Both the position numbers and the translations under genes were made by a program. A stretch of 64,000 nucleotides of DNA, from contig CM082583.2 of assembly GCA_040954595.2 (NCBI GenBank), positions 9,995,656 to 10,059,655 of the forward strand, in the 5' to 3' direction. The notes beneath the pieces were generated by a model. It was not told the origin of the DNA. It was given only the letters and a program-made list of their open reading frames with translations, and did not search any database. The number at the start of each line of letters is the position of its first letter. The stretch's first letter is position 1. Source of the DNA: Balanoglossus misakiensis (taxonomy: Eukaryota > Animalia > Hemichordata). Shown here piece after piece: positions 11,405 through 25,004 of the stretch.

Positions 11405-14400
11405 CAGTGGAAAACAAGCCAGACTGTAGTGTTTATCTTGTTTAGATCCATACTCAGGCTAGTATTGTTACACCTTCTAACAATACACCTAAAAGCACAC
11501 TCTCCGTTGGGGATAATTCAGTAAATTTTGGTAGCCGGGGTGTGTGGCCCCACAGACTGAAAGTCTAAACGCTTCTCAACCAATCTTTTATGATGTATTC
11601 TAAATCTCAGCCTTTATGATTTCACGGGAATAAAGGGGGAAAGGGCCACACGTGATCCACTTCTAAACCATAGATCCCAAATTACCAGTACATGTACATT
11701 GTACCGACTTCAAGGTATTAGAAGCGGGCCTTGGGGGCACATACCCATTCTCTACCTATCTGCCTGTCTATCTGTCTCTCTCTCTCTCCACCCTCCATCT
11801 GTCTCTGTCTGTCTGCCCGTCTCCCCCTCCCCCCGCCCACCTCTCTCTGGTAGTTAGTGAACTCGTCACACAATTTCTTACCATTTTCCTTTTATGGTAG
11901 TGTTCAGTCCAGTCCAAGGCGACTGTGTCTGTTTCTGGCTTTAAAATAGTAATTATATCATCGTATTTGTGGATGCCTTTCGGTTTCTTCTACGGGTATT
12001 TGTTTTAAAATCTACCACATTTGCGTTGGCGGTAGCTGAACGATGTGCATTCTTTCGCGTGAAAATATCCAGGTTCTTTCACACGAGGGTTGGACGACAG
12101 GCCAAGATCTGACCCATGTCAGCCTGTGCATTCTAGTTTGGGTTTACAGTGTACCAATATCGTGTGCATAGCTGACATTCTTTAGAGTGCAACCACTTCT
12201 TAGTCGCTGGATGGTCTCTAAAGCGACACGGCCCACGCGTTGTCGAGAGTCAGTCATGCAAACAGGCCATTTTTTACGATCGTACATCTATAAGCTCGCC
12301 TCCGTGAGAACAGTTAATATGTTTTCGTTCGCAACTTGGCTTCCGGCCCAGTCATACTATTGACGCACTTACGTGATAGACTGATGTTAGCAGAGTAAAG
12401 CCAAATAACCCAAGGTATTGACAATGGATGTCCGCAAATATTGAACTCTACCGATCCCTTTGTGAGGTCCATGCCCGACAGGAAAACGCTAATATGTGCA
12501 ACGATGTATTGTAAATTAGACTAATTAAACAGATTATTAAAGAGTTTACGTTACTTGATAGTTAAAATTGTATAAATTGAGTGGGAAGCATATGCTCTGC
12601 ACACCAGGACGAGATCTGCTGGACTCTGCTGATATCTGTGTGAGTATTGCACAACAAAATACGATACATGTATTTTGTCTCTGGTATAATGTCTTTTATC
12701 CGTCTGTCTGACCCTCTCCCCGTCCCCCCTCTCTCTGTAGCGTATCCAAGGGAAAATGGCGTTTTTGGTTGTAGGGGTGAGGTGGGGGTTACGATTTAAG
12801 TACTGTATGTGGAGAGATGAAGTGACTGCGACGCGGGGAGCGATGTGAGGGATGTGATGTAATGTCTGTATCAGGAGGGTCGAATGGAAAAGTTGTATTC
12901 TGTCTGCATTAGTGCGACTGGTTTGAATAGAGACCAGACGCGTCTGTTGCTATAATTGGAAGAGTTTCTCGGAAATGATTAAACCCAAGACAGCATCAGC
13001 CCAAAAAATCCACTTTCTGCTATTATTGGCTTAGACGAGTTTATTGTAAATGATTAATCCCCAGACAGTAAGGAATTAAAGATTCCACTGTCTGTAATTA
13101 AACCAGCGTTCGTTGCTCATTGTTTATTGTTACCTGGCTTGTCGGGGGCAACGACCAGTCAGTGGTGTTGCACAACACCCCCCCCCCCTTCTCCCCACAC
13201 AAAGTGCAACCTATGTTCGCAAAAAGTACTCGATACACACCAGATAGTTCTCCCCACGTGCAAAGGATACGGACAATTCCATTGAAGAATAATCATTCCA
13301 ATTCTTTATTCAGTATACTTTGGGCTCACGACCGTACAAATGCAGAACAAACTATGTAATGTACAGGAGATGGGTACTAACGAAATTTAATTTAAATATA
13401 ATTGTAATCTATCTAGAGTAACTTAACATCAATCTTGCCACCTGACTTGTCGCATATACATTGTATATATTGGGTGGATATTTCCTCTCAGTACGTCTGA
13501 AGGAGCGATATGACCTCGTAACCCCATTGATTCTGGAACAAAAGAAGCCTGACCTCGTGGGAACTCTGGAATGTGCGGCAGTGCAGTGCGATGTTCCCTA
13601 TAACTAAGATTGGAGAGAAGCTGACGTTTTGCCAGTCAGATTTTGTCATTTTGATTCTTTTTTCGGCGGCCTGCAGACTTGTATGTACCTGTCAGCTGTA
13701 AGAGACAAACCTCTACCGAACCATGTTTTGAATTGGCCCAGACAACCAGTCTAAACGGCAAGGCCACATTAGGTAACCGCTTTAATAAGGCAGACTACGA
13801 GTAAACGATTGCCCTTCAACACCTTTCAGATAATTTCTGAATATTTTAGTGCTGATACATAAATATATCAAAAACCGAATTGAATTTTGTCTGTATTCAT
13901 GCTCTGTGACCTTGTGTGGTCGAGAAGCGATGCATCCCGGGATGATTGTTGCCTGCACAGTAGAGGCGTTTAGTAGAAATTTGTGATTAGGAAAATATTG
14001 TCTCGATTCTGGATTTTCAAATATTTTATACTGCTTGGCTATAAAATGAAGAAAATCAGCTACGCACTCTGAAAACTGGATCCACGTGACAGACAATGGG
14101 AACTTAAGAGGAAAAATCTTATTTTTGTTTGCACGACACCCGCACGTGATGGATAACAAGAGGGTCTGGAGCACAGAAAATGTTCAACTTTGGTATTTCG
14201 AAGACACACAATAACTGCCACTGCTAATTACACGATTTTTGTGTTCAGAGCGGGCGGTGACCGCGCGATCAGGGTGGTCGTAAATCTAAAAATACATTGG
14301 AAAGAAAACATTCTCCCGGTATCACCTTAAATCATCAGCAAGATCCCGGCGAGCGATTCACAGGGAATAAAAGACTCGGATAGTTGTGGGGGATTTAGGG

Positions 14401-14753
14401 ACAATACCCAAACAAAGTATGTTACCAGTCGGCAAAGTTACTTTGTGGGCACGCCGCTTCCGATTTGAGACGCCTTCATTTTGTGCTGGTATTTCTGGGT
14501 TGTGGGGGGAAAATGCAAGTACACCTGGTTGTCTTGTACAAGTACACATAGCGCACCTGCTTTGGCTGTGGCGTATTACGTCATTAAACACGTGTGACTT
14601 ACTATACGCCATCTTGGCAGCAACGTGAAACGCGGGATGAGTAATTCACGGCGGTTTCTGCCCGTCTTATTCAGCAATTAAGTATAGCATTCAAACTGAG
14701 TGCCTTTTGTTGTGCTCGCGGCTGGAATGCGTAGTTCTTTATTTGCCGAAGGA

Positions 14754-14895
14754 TATAAAAGGCAGGTACATCACCGTGGGCCCGGCCAAAGGAAGCAACT
14801 TTCGTCAACCCGAGCGCACAAGTCGATGCTATACCCGTGTCGCAAGCGACTTTGAATACGTGTTGAGAAGTTCACCAAGTTCGAACCCGGTAAGG
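14754..14895 (+). promoter_or_regulatory. Candidate follistatin core promoter and non-coding first exon
   Basis: TATAAAA at 14754-14760, followed ~130 nt later by donor-like CCG|GTAAGG (GT at 14890) and AAG|GTAAAG. The first follistatin coding exon is preceded by a strong acceptor (CTTTTTCAG, 19499), which suggests an upstream exon. Linking the two is inference. Confidence 0.45.
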
Positions 14896-17800
14896 TAAAG
14901 GACGGTTTATTTTCTTTTAATCAACGTAATATCATAGCATTTATCATATCATAGTAATGTCATTCTAGTGCCATCGATATATTTTATCGCAGAAACTGGA
15001 TTTGAGACAATTTATAGAGACCGCGTTTCCCGAGAGATTGCGGCAGTTTCTACTCCATTAGGACAAGGTCGCCCGACCGATACTACAGAATCACCGTCAC
15101 GTGAACAATACATGAACTACTACGCCATTCTAATTCCAACAGTTTTACCCGTAAAACGGAAACAGGAAAACTTTCCATCATCCTACACATGTAATCAGAC
15201 AAGAATATCATGACGTTTAATGCGCCACTCACGTAGTACACTTTTTATAAAGAAATGGGCGTAAATATTCCGTACGGAGCCACGAGGCGCATGCATCGTG
15301 CGTTACTGTTTGAAAACAATCTCTCTCTCTCCCCCCCCCCCCAACCTTCTCCGGAATCCCGCTACCCTCCTCGCTCTCTCCCATTCCAAACATGGGGGTT
15401 GGAGTGTTCCAATTTCGCCGGTTTTCTGTAGCAGAAATATCGTCATACGTAAGCTTGTACATCGTGCATCAATAAATTTAAATGCGGCTTTCTGTTGCTG
15501 GACAGACGTTGCACATGATTGGTGTATATGCTGTGAGTAACCGTCAGCCGCTATATCATTTTATGCCATTGTACTTAAAACTGTAAAATTTGTCAAAGAA
15601 ATCGTCTTTTGTGTTGATGCATTGCGCAATCTACGCATGGCGGGATGGGTGGATGGGAAAAAATCCGGCTGCTGAAAAGGAACGCGAATTTAGTTTTCTG
15701 CCCAACCCTAAAACACGCCCCGGTCGGTACGTCACTATGACGTCGTGACTGTGTGACGACGATGAGTCATGACATCAGCTCGAAGGGTTTTGTAACGTTC
15801 TCTGCTGGAGATCCACGGATAAATGGTGCACTTTGTGACGACATAAATGTTGAAATAGAGAGACTTCGTCAGAAATAGCGCCGCCACTGGCCATGTAGAA
15901 AAATGTCAGTTTAAAGGCTCATTAGCTGCCACTTATGGCGTGCTTCAGCCAACAACACATCAAAAAGACCGATTTGCACGGTCCCATCACATACGTCAGT
16001 GCACCTAATTGGATAAAATTGCATGAACGGAACACACACCTTTAAACCTACCATCCCCAACTTTTCCATGAATTTGATGAAACGTAACGGCCTGCTTCTA
16101 GTTCACACGCTTCCAATGCTTACCCAACAAAATTCGAACAAGTTTGAAAGGTGACCTTGGAAGAACCGTTTTAATCGATCGTGGACATCGCACACTGAGA
16201 GGAAGTTGTTAATCAGTCCTTCACTGCCTCCGCCGTGCCGACGGTCTCTCTGTCGCTCTCTTCTTCTGTTTATGATCAATCGACCGTGAGTCCCCCATCT
16301 ACCAACACACAATTTTGAAGATCCCCCTTCGATTCGCTAGAACCTCCCATGTCCACTATTCGTAGAGGACTCAATGTCGACCTACTTAGAGATGCAAGGT
16401 CATTCACCATGGTCATCTGACTTCGGACCTTGAACACCAAACTTTTGCCTTTGGCAATGGCAGCGCATTACAAACATAAACTTACTTTATACTCCTTCAC
16501 TCGTCAACATGTCTGGTCAGCATGACTTTGAGTCAATCATGTGACGCTTGGTGCGTTGATGCAGCGCCTACGTCATAATCTCCCTTTTTGTGATGACGCA
16601 GTTTGTCTCATTTTGGACTCGTGATTGCTACGATTTCTGGCGAAATATGCAAACCGTGCTTTAGTCTGTTGCAAGCGAAATCTTTTTTTTTTTATGATGA
16701 TTGGTGAAGTTTATGATATAACTGAACTTGGTGAAGTAGTCGAGAGGCAAGCCAAAAAATACCTTTTGCATGTGGGGAATATTTTATTTCATTCACGATC
16801 CCAAAGGAAAGGACCAACTTTAGAGAACATCTAACATGACAATGAAAAAATGTTTAAATTCCACTTCCATATTTCGGCTCTGTTCCTGGTGCAAAACAGC
16901 AGTCGCACGTGACCTACAGCGTTCTTTAGTACATTAAAATTCAGTATTTTTTATAGTACGCACAGGATCAGCTGACAAGCTCGTGATGAACTGCATTAAA
17001 ACGTTCTGGTTTTGGCAAAATGCCAATTCATGTGCCTTATTTACCAACAAGTTTACTTGGTTCTCTACGTCGATTTTTTGACACTACACCAAACATTCGG
17101 TTTTCAAGCAGTGACGACATTTTTCCGACAAATACTTAAATAAGAAAAAGTATCAATTGAAAAAGAAAGGAAAAGTTATAATCGACTTGGAATTTACGAA
17201 AGAAAAAAATCTGTAGCAAAGTGTGCCAGTGCCCACACACACACATATATAAGTTCATTTCATCGTTTGACTTTCCACCGCCAGACGACCCACAGTTGAT
17301 TTAGTTTTCAATAAATATACATGACCGTCGTTCTGGCGTCTTTCCTCCGAAGCGCGAGACTTGTCGCGCCGTTTGGCGTAAAAGATGACCGAGAATAGCC
17401 CGACATGCCGTCGTATAGATTCTATCACGGCTCATTAGTGCATAGCTATCGTTCGGTGTTTATGTTTTACCCACGTAAATATTTAGCCGTGTCAATGTAT
17501 CGCGGGGGTGAAATGAGAATTTTTTTCGCGCCTCTTCTTCCCCAACGGAACTTTGCGACTCCGTGATAGAAATAATGACTGATGACCCACATTCATGGCA
17601 GATACATCTACATATTAAATTGCCAGAAGTGTATTGTATTTTTTTTATGAATACATGTACTCCAAAGCATAAGGAAATTATTGAACCAGTGATGTGAATA
17701 GACATATAGTCGTTGTTGCTGTTGTTGAAACTCTTACGCCAATAAACGTATAGGTAAATGCACAGTTATTAAAAACAGGTGGACAGGACGTTTCGGTTGT

Positions 17801-19526
17801 TATGCTGCCATATGGTCCTTGGAAAAGAATTCACCTTCACTTACATTCACATGCGACCATTAACGTCAGATTATCGCGACTCCGTACGAGATTTACGTGG
17901 GTTTATCATGACTTTTCGCGACGCGCCGAACAGTTACTGATGGTGTTGTTTGCAAACATAGGCGGGTTTAACAGACACAGCTCCCGGAAGTGCGGACGCG
18001 TGTCTACACTTTACCAAAGTTCACCATGTATGTCAGTTTACAACGCCTTGTGAAACCCACGGCATGTTAAACGTAATCGTAAAATTTGATTTATACGCTA
18101 GCCGCTCAGCCTTGAATCTCTGCGGGCGGTAAAAATATTAGCCATTAAAAACCCAAACATCTCAGAAAGGAGTCTGTGGCTTACACGAGGGGGGTACCCA
18201 AAACACGATTTATGTTTTAATTGTGAATTGGTGCGGTCAGTATAAGTAGCGGCGGGGCGACAAAATTTCCACATTCAAGTTACAGGATTCCTGTCATGAC
18301 AGAGTCATCAAGAAAATGCCATTTCTCCAGAACTTAGTCGAAAGATGGTCACCCGTATTTTAATAAATAATAACAAAACAACAGATTACTGTAGGCACTA
18401 AACTGTGTGCCTAGGACAATAAGTTGTCCATGGCTGTACCCAGACACAACATAAGTTGTCCCACTTTTTGAAACAATCTGGTATAACAAACAGACCCAAC
18501 TAGTCGACTTATAGCAGGTGCCGACGTGACGTCAGTACAGAACGGGGTCGTCCATTGTTGAACATTTCGATGTTCATGGAGATGGTCTTTGTGGTATGTC
18601 GCGTCAGCTGGTGTCAGCTCAGGGGACACCTGTTTGACTGAAATGTCGAAGAAGACAGCGTGCTATGACCCTTCTACTATGTAATCTCTTGGGGGAAGGC
18701 GTTGGTGTTTTATCTATGAGACAACATGTGACACCGAACGCCGTTTCACATTTCAAGCGAGACACAAGGTGAAAGAAAGTGTGGTAACTGGTACAGGTGA
18801 ACCCGACGCCATCTTGCATTTACGCGCATGCTTACTCCATCGGGGTCGAGAGATGGCGTCCTTGTGTTGTTACATTTTTAGATGGGGGCGGACACAGTAG
18901 GAAAAAAACTGTCTATGGTTTAGGTGACATATAAAAGTCAATGAGGTAAAATCTATATAAAAGACAAGGAAAACTGAATTCAAAACCGACTACTTTCCGA
19001 CATTTGAAGAATATCATTTTGTCTATTCCCTTATCAGGCACGCATTGTCTGGTGGGTAGCTCCCCGATTGTTTGCTCTTGTCAGATGTGAGACACGTTTG
19101 TGTCACATGTCACGATGTGCATGCGCTTTCACAAAAGGCTTTCGGATGTCCATGAGACAAGAGTTTTCCCCCCGATCAATAATTTTCAAGCTCATGTCTT
19201 TGAAGTCTCACTACGCATATTTGCAGACATGTGTACTTTTGATCTTGTAGTCTGCTACCATTCAATTGTATCACCGATTGTTTCGAAGAGTCGTGTTTAA
19301 ACCGGAAACTAAAGTGCGAAAAATGCGACAAGTTGACCTAAAATTCCCCCCTCGTCATGTCTTGTCGGTGATAGTAGTCTGGGTAAAGGTCATTCAAACT
19401 CGCATACATTATAGGCCAGACGTTGATTGGCTATTTATCGGGTCCATCTTATGAAAGATGCCGATATAAAATTGATCATGTGTTCCTCTTCTTTTTCAGA
19501 TGTTGCCCAGAAATCGACAGACAAAC

Positions 19527-22500
19527 ATGAAAGCCGTTTCTTCCTCCGGGTGCTGCCTGGCCATGTTGCTGGTGATCATCGCCGCAAATTGTACGCTTGG
19601 ACAAGGTAAATATTTCTTTTGGGTACAATTTCTGTTTTTGGACCATTTTCACGTTCCTGTACATGGAGATGGAGATATTCCATTCTGCTTTTCCGTTTTC
19701 TCTTCGTTATCTGTGATGTTATTTTAGCAAATTGGCGTGCCTAATTGTCACTTTAAGTGACGCTCTTGCTCAAAAAAGCGTGACGGTCGGTCGATAAAAG
19801 TAAAGTCTTCGATTCTTCGAGTTCGGTGAAAGTGGGTCAATTGACCGGTTCACTTTGCCACAGACAGCGGAAAGTGAATGGAGGTACAATTTCCTTTCAA
19901 AGTAAGACCTCGGAATCCACCGCTCGTATAAATTGTTGCAGTGTTGTAGTTGTGTTTTAACGATGAAACCGTTCTCATGTCATGTCCTGCCCGACACTGT
20001 ATATTCATGCTACGTTGTAAAAAAATCGCCATATAAATTTCGGTTGCTTTCTTTAATGGAAGACCCCAAATAAGAAACAGGTTGTCGCTTCAAAGCTTTT
20101 CAGAAAACGTAAAAATTGAAAATCGGACTTGTACAAAAAAATCTCCCAGTGTGGCCACCTATATACCGTTGAATTGTTTCATGTACCTGATGGGCCACAT
20201 CAATATTCTCATTTGTCAACCTGTCGCGCTTTCTACTGTTTTAATTCCAGAAATCGCATCGGCGAGTTCACATAAATGGGGACAGCTTCTGGCCTAGTAG
20301 TAACCTTAGCAATTTCGTTTCACAACAAGATTAGACCCCTCTACAAAGTAAATTGATTTGACGTCACAGCCGCTAGCGCTGAAGTTCAAGTGGTGTAGAC
20401 ACTCAGACTATTGTGTTGACTCTCTTTGAGGGTTTAAAGCAGTTATTGTCCGTATTGTTACTCAACCCTTCACGTTAACTTTCGCTTGAATGTCCAACTC
20501 CCTCCTTTCTCTAAGACTTGGTGTCGACCTTTACAAAAATCAATATTTTTTGTTCCAGTGATCTTGGTCTTTCACAAGGACATTTACCATTGTTTCTTGT
20601 TTAGACTTCTTACTTTCTATTTCTGTATTTCCGCTGAGAATGAGCTTTTTTCCGGCTCTTTTGTAACGCGGGCAAGGATTTTCGAGGTTACAAATGGAAC
20701 ACTCGAAAAGACATTCGAAACTTTGTATACTATCGGCCGCCAGTTGTATGTGTTGTATGTGGTAGGACACAACCGCATTTACACGGCAATTAAAGGTGGG
20801 AAAAAGTCTTCACGTTACCAAGGTTGAAACAAAGGGCCGATGGAAAGGACAATTTACTCTGGAACACAGCCCAGCGGCGTTTTGGTACATCGAGGAGATC
20901 GGTTGATTATTTAATAAAGCCGACGCATCGAACAGTGGTATAGGTGACATATTTCACACACAGCCCGGGATTGTTACGGCGAGCTTCCCGTGCCGCCCAG
21001 ACTCAGCTAAAGTTTCCTATAAACAACTCCAGTGGGTCATAAATCAAAAATGGAAAATAAAAACGTCATCTAAGTTTTCCTCCCATGGTGCAACTCCCGT
21101 TTCAACCCGAAGCTGCGTAGTATTTAGGTTGAGAATGATTTGGCCAGCTTCACAGACGGTCGTCCGTAACAGACGAGTTTTTGGGTTTTAACTGTAAACC
21201 AGCCACTTTTCGACGTTTATTGCTGAATAGAGAATGTAAAGGGATGTGGGTTGTCTAACTTTGTCGTTTTAACGACGTGGTCTAATTTACGTGCGTGTTT
21301 TTGAAGAGTTATGGAAATTGATGTGTACACCAATAAAATACTCGTGACTATCACCGGTTTACCCAAGACGTGAACTCAGCGGGGGTGTCAGCAAGTCACA
21401 ATTTTATGATCTGAACTGAAACTGAACCACAATGTGACGTCAATTTCGTGATGGTAATTATTCTTATCAAATGAGAACAAACCGCCCTATCAAAATGAAG
21501 GGTGGGAATATCTGATTGGTTCACGTACACGAACGACCCAGTCCCGCCAAAAATAACAAACCAAGTCTCGGTATTTTGTTGATATGCTGCTGTCGGTTTT
21601 CAACATCAGTTATGTTTTAACCGGTCGACCTCATTCTCTATCGTAAGACGTCTGCCAAATCCGATACCAAAATCGGTGTCGTCTACTTGACATCTGCTCG
21701 AAACGGTTATTTACAGTTGGTGTCTGCGACTGGTTGGTAAATGGGTCTGGTAAACTCTGCCTGACTTTTGCTCATCTCCTTGGCGTATACACACTGTCAC
21801 CTTCGGTGAAACTGTGGGGTCATTCGGAGTGTCTTTAAAGCGGAATTTCAGGGGTCACTGGGGGGGGGGAGAAATATATAGTGTCTGATGACTCCTTGAA
21901 AGGTTTACTCTAAGACGACGTGACCTCCGATCCACTGCCCTCGATGGTAGAGGCAATCTTGGGCGAAAGGCGAAAGTTTAGTTGTCGGCGGGGTCGGAGA
22001 TAGTTCACACCATGGCGCGATTGGCTTCTCCGCTCAAATCACTCGACAGCGAAAGAGCTTTGTTTTTCGTTCGGATTTGGTTTTTCGATTTCACTTGCAT
22101 TTCATAGACGGTGCCAATTCTAAAATTTCCATCTTTTTTTGCAAAGTGACATTATATACGTGACCGGCCGACCCCAATTTTCTCCGGCCCACCCCGATTA
22201 TGATATATGAAAACTCCCTTACCCACTGGAGAACTGTCTGGTCAGTGCAAACAGAAAAGGGAATGTCCACAAAGCCGGTGAACTCTTATGAACTTTGGGC
22301 AAGACAGTCATAGTACGTCTGAGCCGCGAAACACCCGCTAAGAGCTGACCCAGACTGGAGCGCAAAAAAACAACGCCTGTCGGACACATGCTCCGGGCTC
22401 TGTATAGAGTGGGTCGACAGATAAGATAAGTCGGTTACCGAACTCTATCAGCCAGATTCAATTTGCTGGATTGTTGCCAAGACAACCAGACAGCATAAAG

Positions 22501-24970
22501 CTGCGCCCAGGAATACTCGTCTGTAAAGGGCCGCGTTCCGTGGGTATGATACACGTGTCGGATTTCATTTTTATTGTATGAAATGTCCTTAAGTATGTCT
22601 AGTACAAATTACATGAATTAGCTTCAATACGCATGCAAATGGTCACGTCCCTATAACGTTGATATCGGTGCCAAATGAAAGTGGTGCTGCATGTTTATCT
22701 ATCTGCAGCTTGATTTTTTTTTTCAAAACCATTTTTGTCATCAACCTAAAAGATAACTTGGGAGTACCACAATCTTAATATCGAAACTTGTTTTGATTAT
22801 CTAATCAATGACATTCACGTGAACCCGCAAATGTTGATATTTATTCATAATCATTCTAATTTCTAGATTTGATGTCGCTTTCTGAGAGTTAAATGAATCA
22901 TTCGAAAAATTACGTGAAAATAGATTCGGTGCAGTCTCCGTGTTTACAATGAAGAAGGTGGGACTGTATGTGGGAATAGGGACAGGTTTATTTAGTCTAT
23001 CCGGTGCATGTCAATGACTCTACCAAATTCCAAGCGGCAGGTTTCGGTGGCGTACTACTGACAGTGTCGTGCGGCGAAAGTTGACGGGGCAGACACCGTG
23101 ACCCTGTACCCGGCGGCTGCGGCCTTGTGTTGCTGCTGATATATCCGGTAAAGCATGCGGCCGTCTCAAAGACCCGCTCGGGGTCGTCTGTGACGGTTTG
23201 CGATATCCCTGTCCAGGTTTCGAAAACGCATGCGTGTTGGTTATGGGGACTCTGGAAATTTGCTTATGTTTTCCAAGGGTTTGGCGGCAAGAAAAATTAT
23301 CTAGAGAGAGCGGGGGAAGGTACCGATGAAAACTTGCTTGGTGATCTTCCTGGTAAAGATTTGACAACTGTTTCGAGTGACGGTCTATGGTTTGACAAGA
23401 AAATTACCTAGCGTGATTTCTGTTTGTGTCTACGGTCATAGAAAATTTTAGTTTAGGAATATTGTACATTTCTTAAACTAAGCACTTCTGGTATTTATAA
23501 GGAACTGAAACCCTCAGACTGTTCGGCGTGTGATTTTTGTTTCTGGCGCATTAGTACAGTCACCCAAGGCGAGTTGATGGAGGCATGCCACCCAGAAAGA
23601 GACAAACGTGATTTTTTATGTGCTGTGGGCAGCTTTACCCCATTGATAGAGAAATTGGGTCACTTTATCAATGACATTGAGGATCGGGACCAACGGGGAA
23701 GTTGTGTTTTGCGCCAAGTGTGGGTGTCGGTACCGCTTTAAACACGTTTTCAGATATGTTTACAGGCTGTTTTCTGATAAAAGTATCATGTGCACTTCCG
23801 AAATTTATTTTTTTCCGACCGTCATATTGATATTTTTGTAGAGCCTAGAGTTTGATATTATGCCAACATAGTTATCGCTTCGTGCGGCACATCAAACAGA
23901 TGCGCTTTTGTAAATGGTTGTGGGCTGCGTGAAAGACCAGTCCTGCGTTCTGTCACCTTTGCGCGAAAAAAGGGTCAGACCGGGGCGCGTGTCTGGGAGA
24001 CTAAATTGATATACGCCGTATGGGAGACTCAAGCAGTTACGAAGGTCAACCGCCGAACTCAAAAACATCCGTCGGCAATAATTATACCGACACAGGCAAC
24101 GCGCCGATACGTCAATGCATCATGTGACCACCGAGTTCCCCGTATCGTCCCCCCTCGGGGTGTGATTACGAGTTCCGGCCAACGTAAACCGTGTAAGACT
24201 ATACGCATGTTTTGTGTTGGCCGCATTTTAAGTAAGTCGACGACAAACTCATTAGTCAGATGCATATATAAAGACGCGATCGGGTCGATCGTTATATTTG
24301 TATTTCATATTCGCGTGTGCCGCAGTCGCACTGTAAGCAACTTTACTTACGTTATACCAAAAGCCACTTCGAAATATTTCCTGTTCGTGTTGACGAGACA
24401 AAACTTTGGAAAGCGTCCGTTTCTTTCATTGAAGCATCTTACGTCTCGAAATCCGGAATCGAAGTTTTAATAACCTTTTTACACCTCGATAGTGATGTCG
24501 ATTTCAACTGTCTTCTTCACCATCGTATTGTCTACGAGGTTTTTCACGGGAAGTCAAGGTACGTATTTGATGACTGTGCGCGCGCGTGATCAATTCTGCG
24601 CAACTTCGCGCGTTCAAATTATTTGATTTCATCCAGTTTTTCTTCGTGTTGTGGCCCCACCGCAACGAAAACCAGCATTTAAAGCTTTAGGCCTATACAC
24701 TGGAATTATTTTACGCGTTTTCCAGAAACTAGAGGTACCCCCGACTGTAGACCGTTTGCTCACTTCAAAGTTTGAGGGAATTGTTTGCGTTGCGTAAGAC
24801 CAGTAGGCGAGGTTGATATTCGCAACAGTAGGGCGCACGGGAGAGGGGAGACAGACAGATCGAGAGAGAGACAGACCTATTAGAAAGAGGGGCAGAGAGA
24901 TAGAGAGAGACAGAGAGAGCTATAGAGAGAGGGGCGCGTGAGAGAAAGGGAGACCGAGAGACATGGCTAT

Positions 24971-25004
<34 letters not shown>

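Noticed and set aside
18720-19112. Imperfect ~35-bp inverted similarity (ACATGTGACAC...CACAT) upstream of the first follistatin coding exon
   Set aside because: Too short and degenerate, with no TSD or clear boundaries to support an element call.
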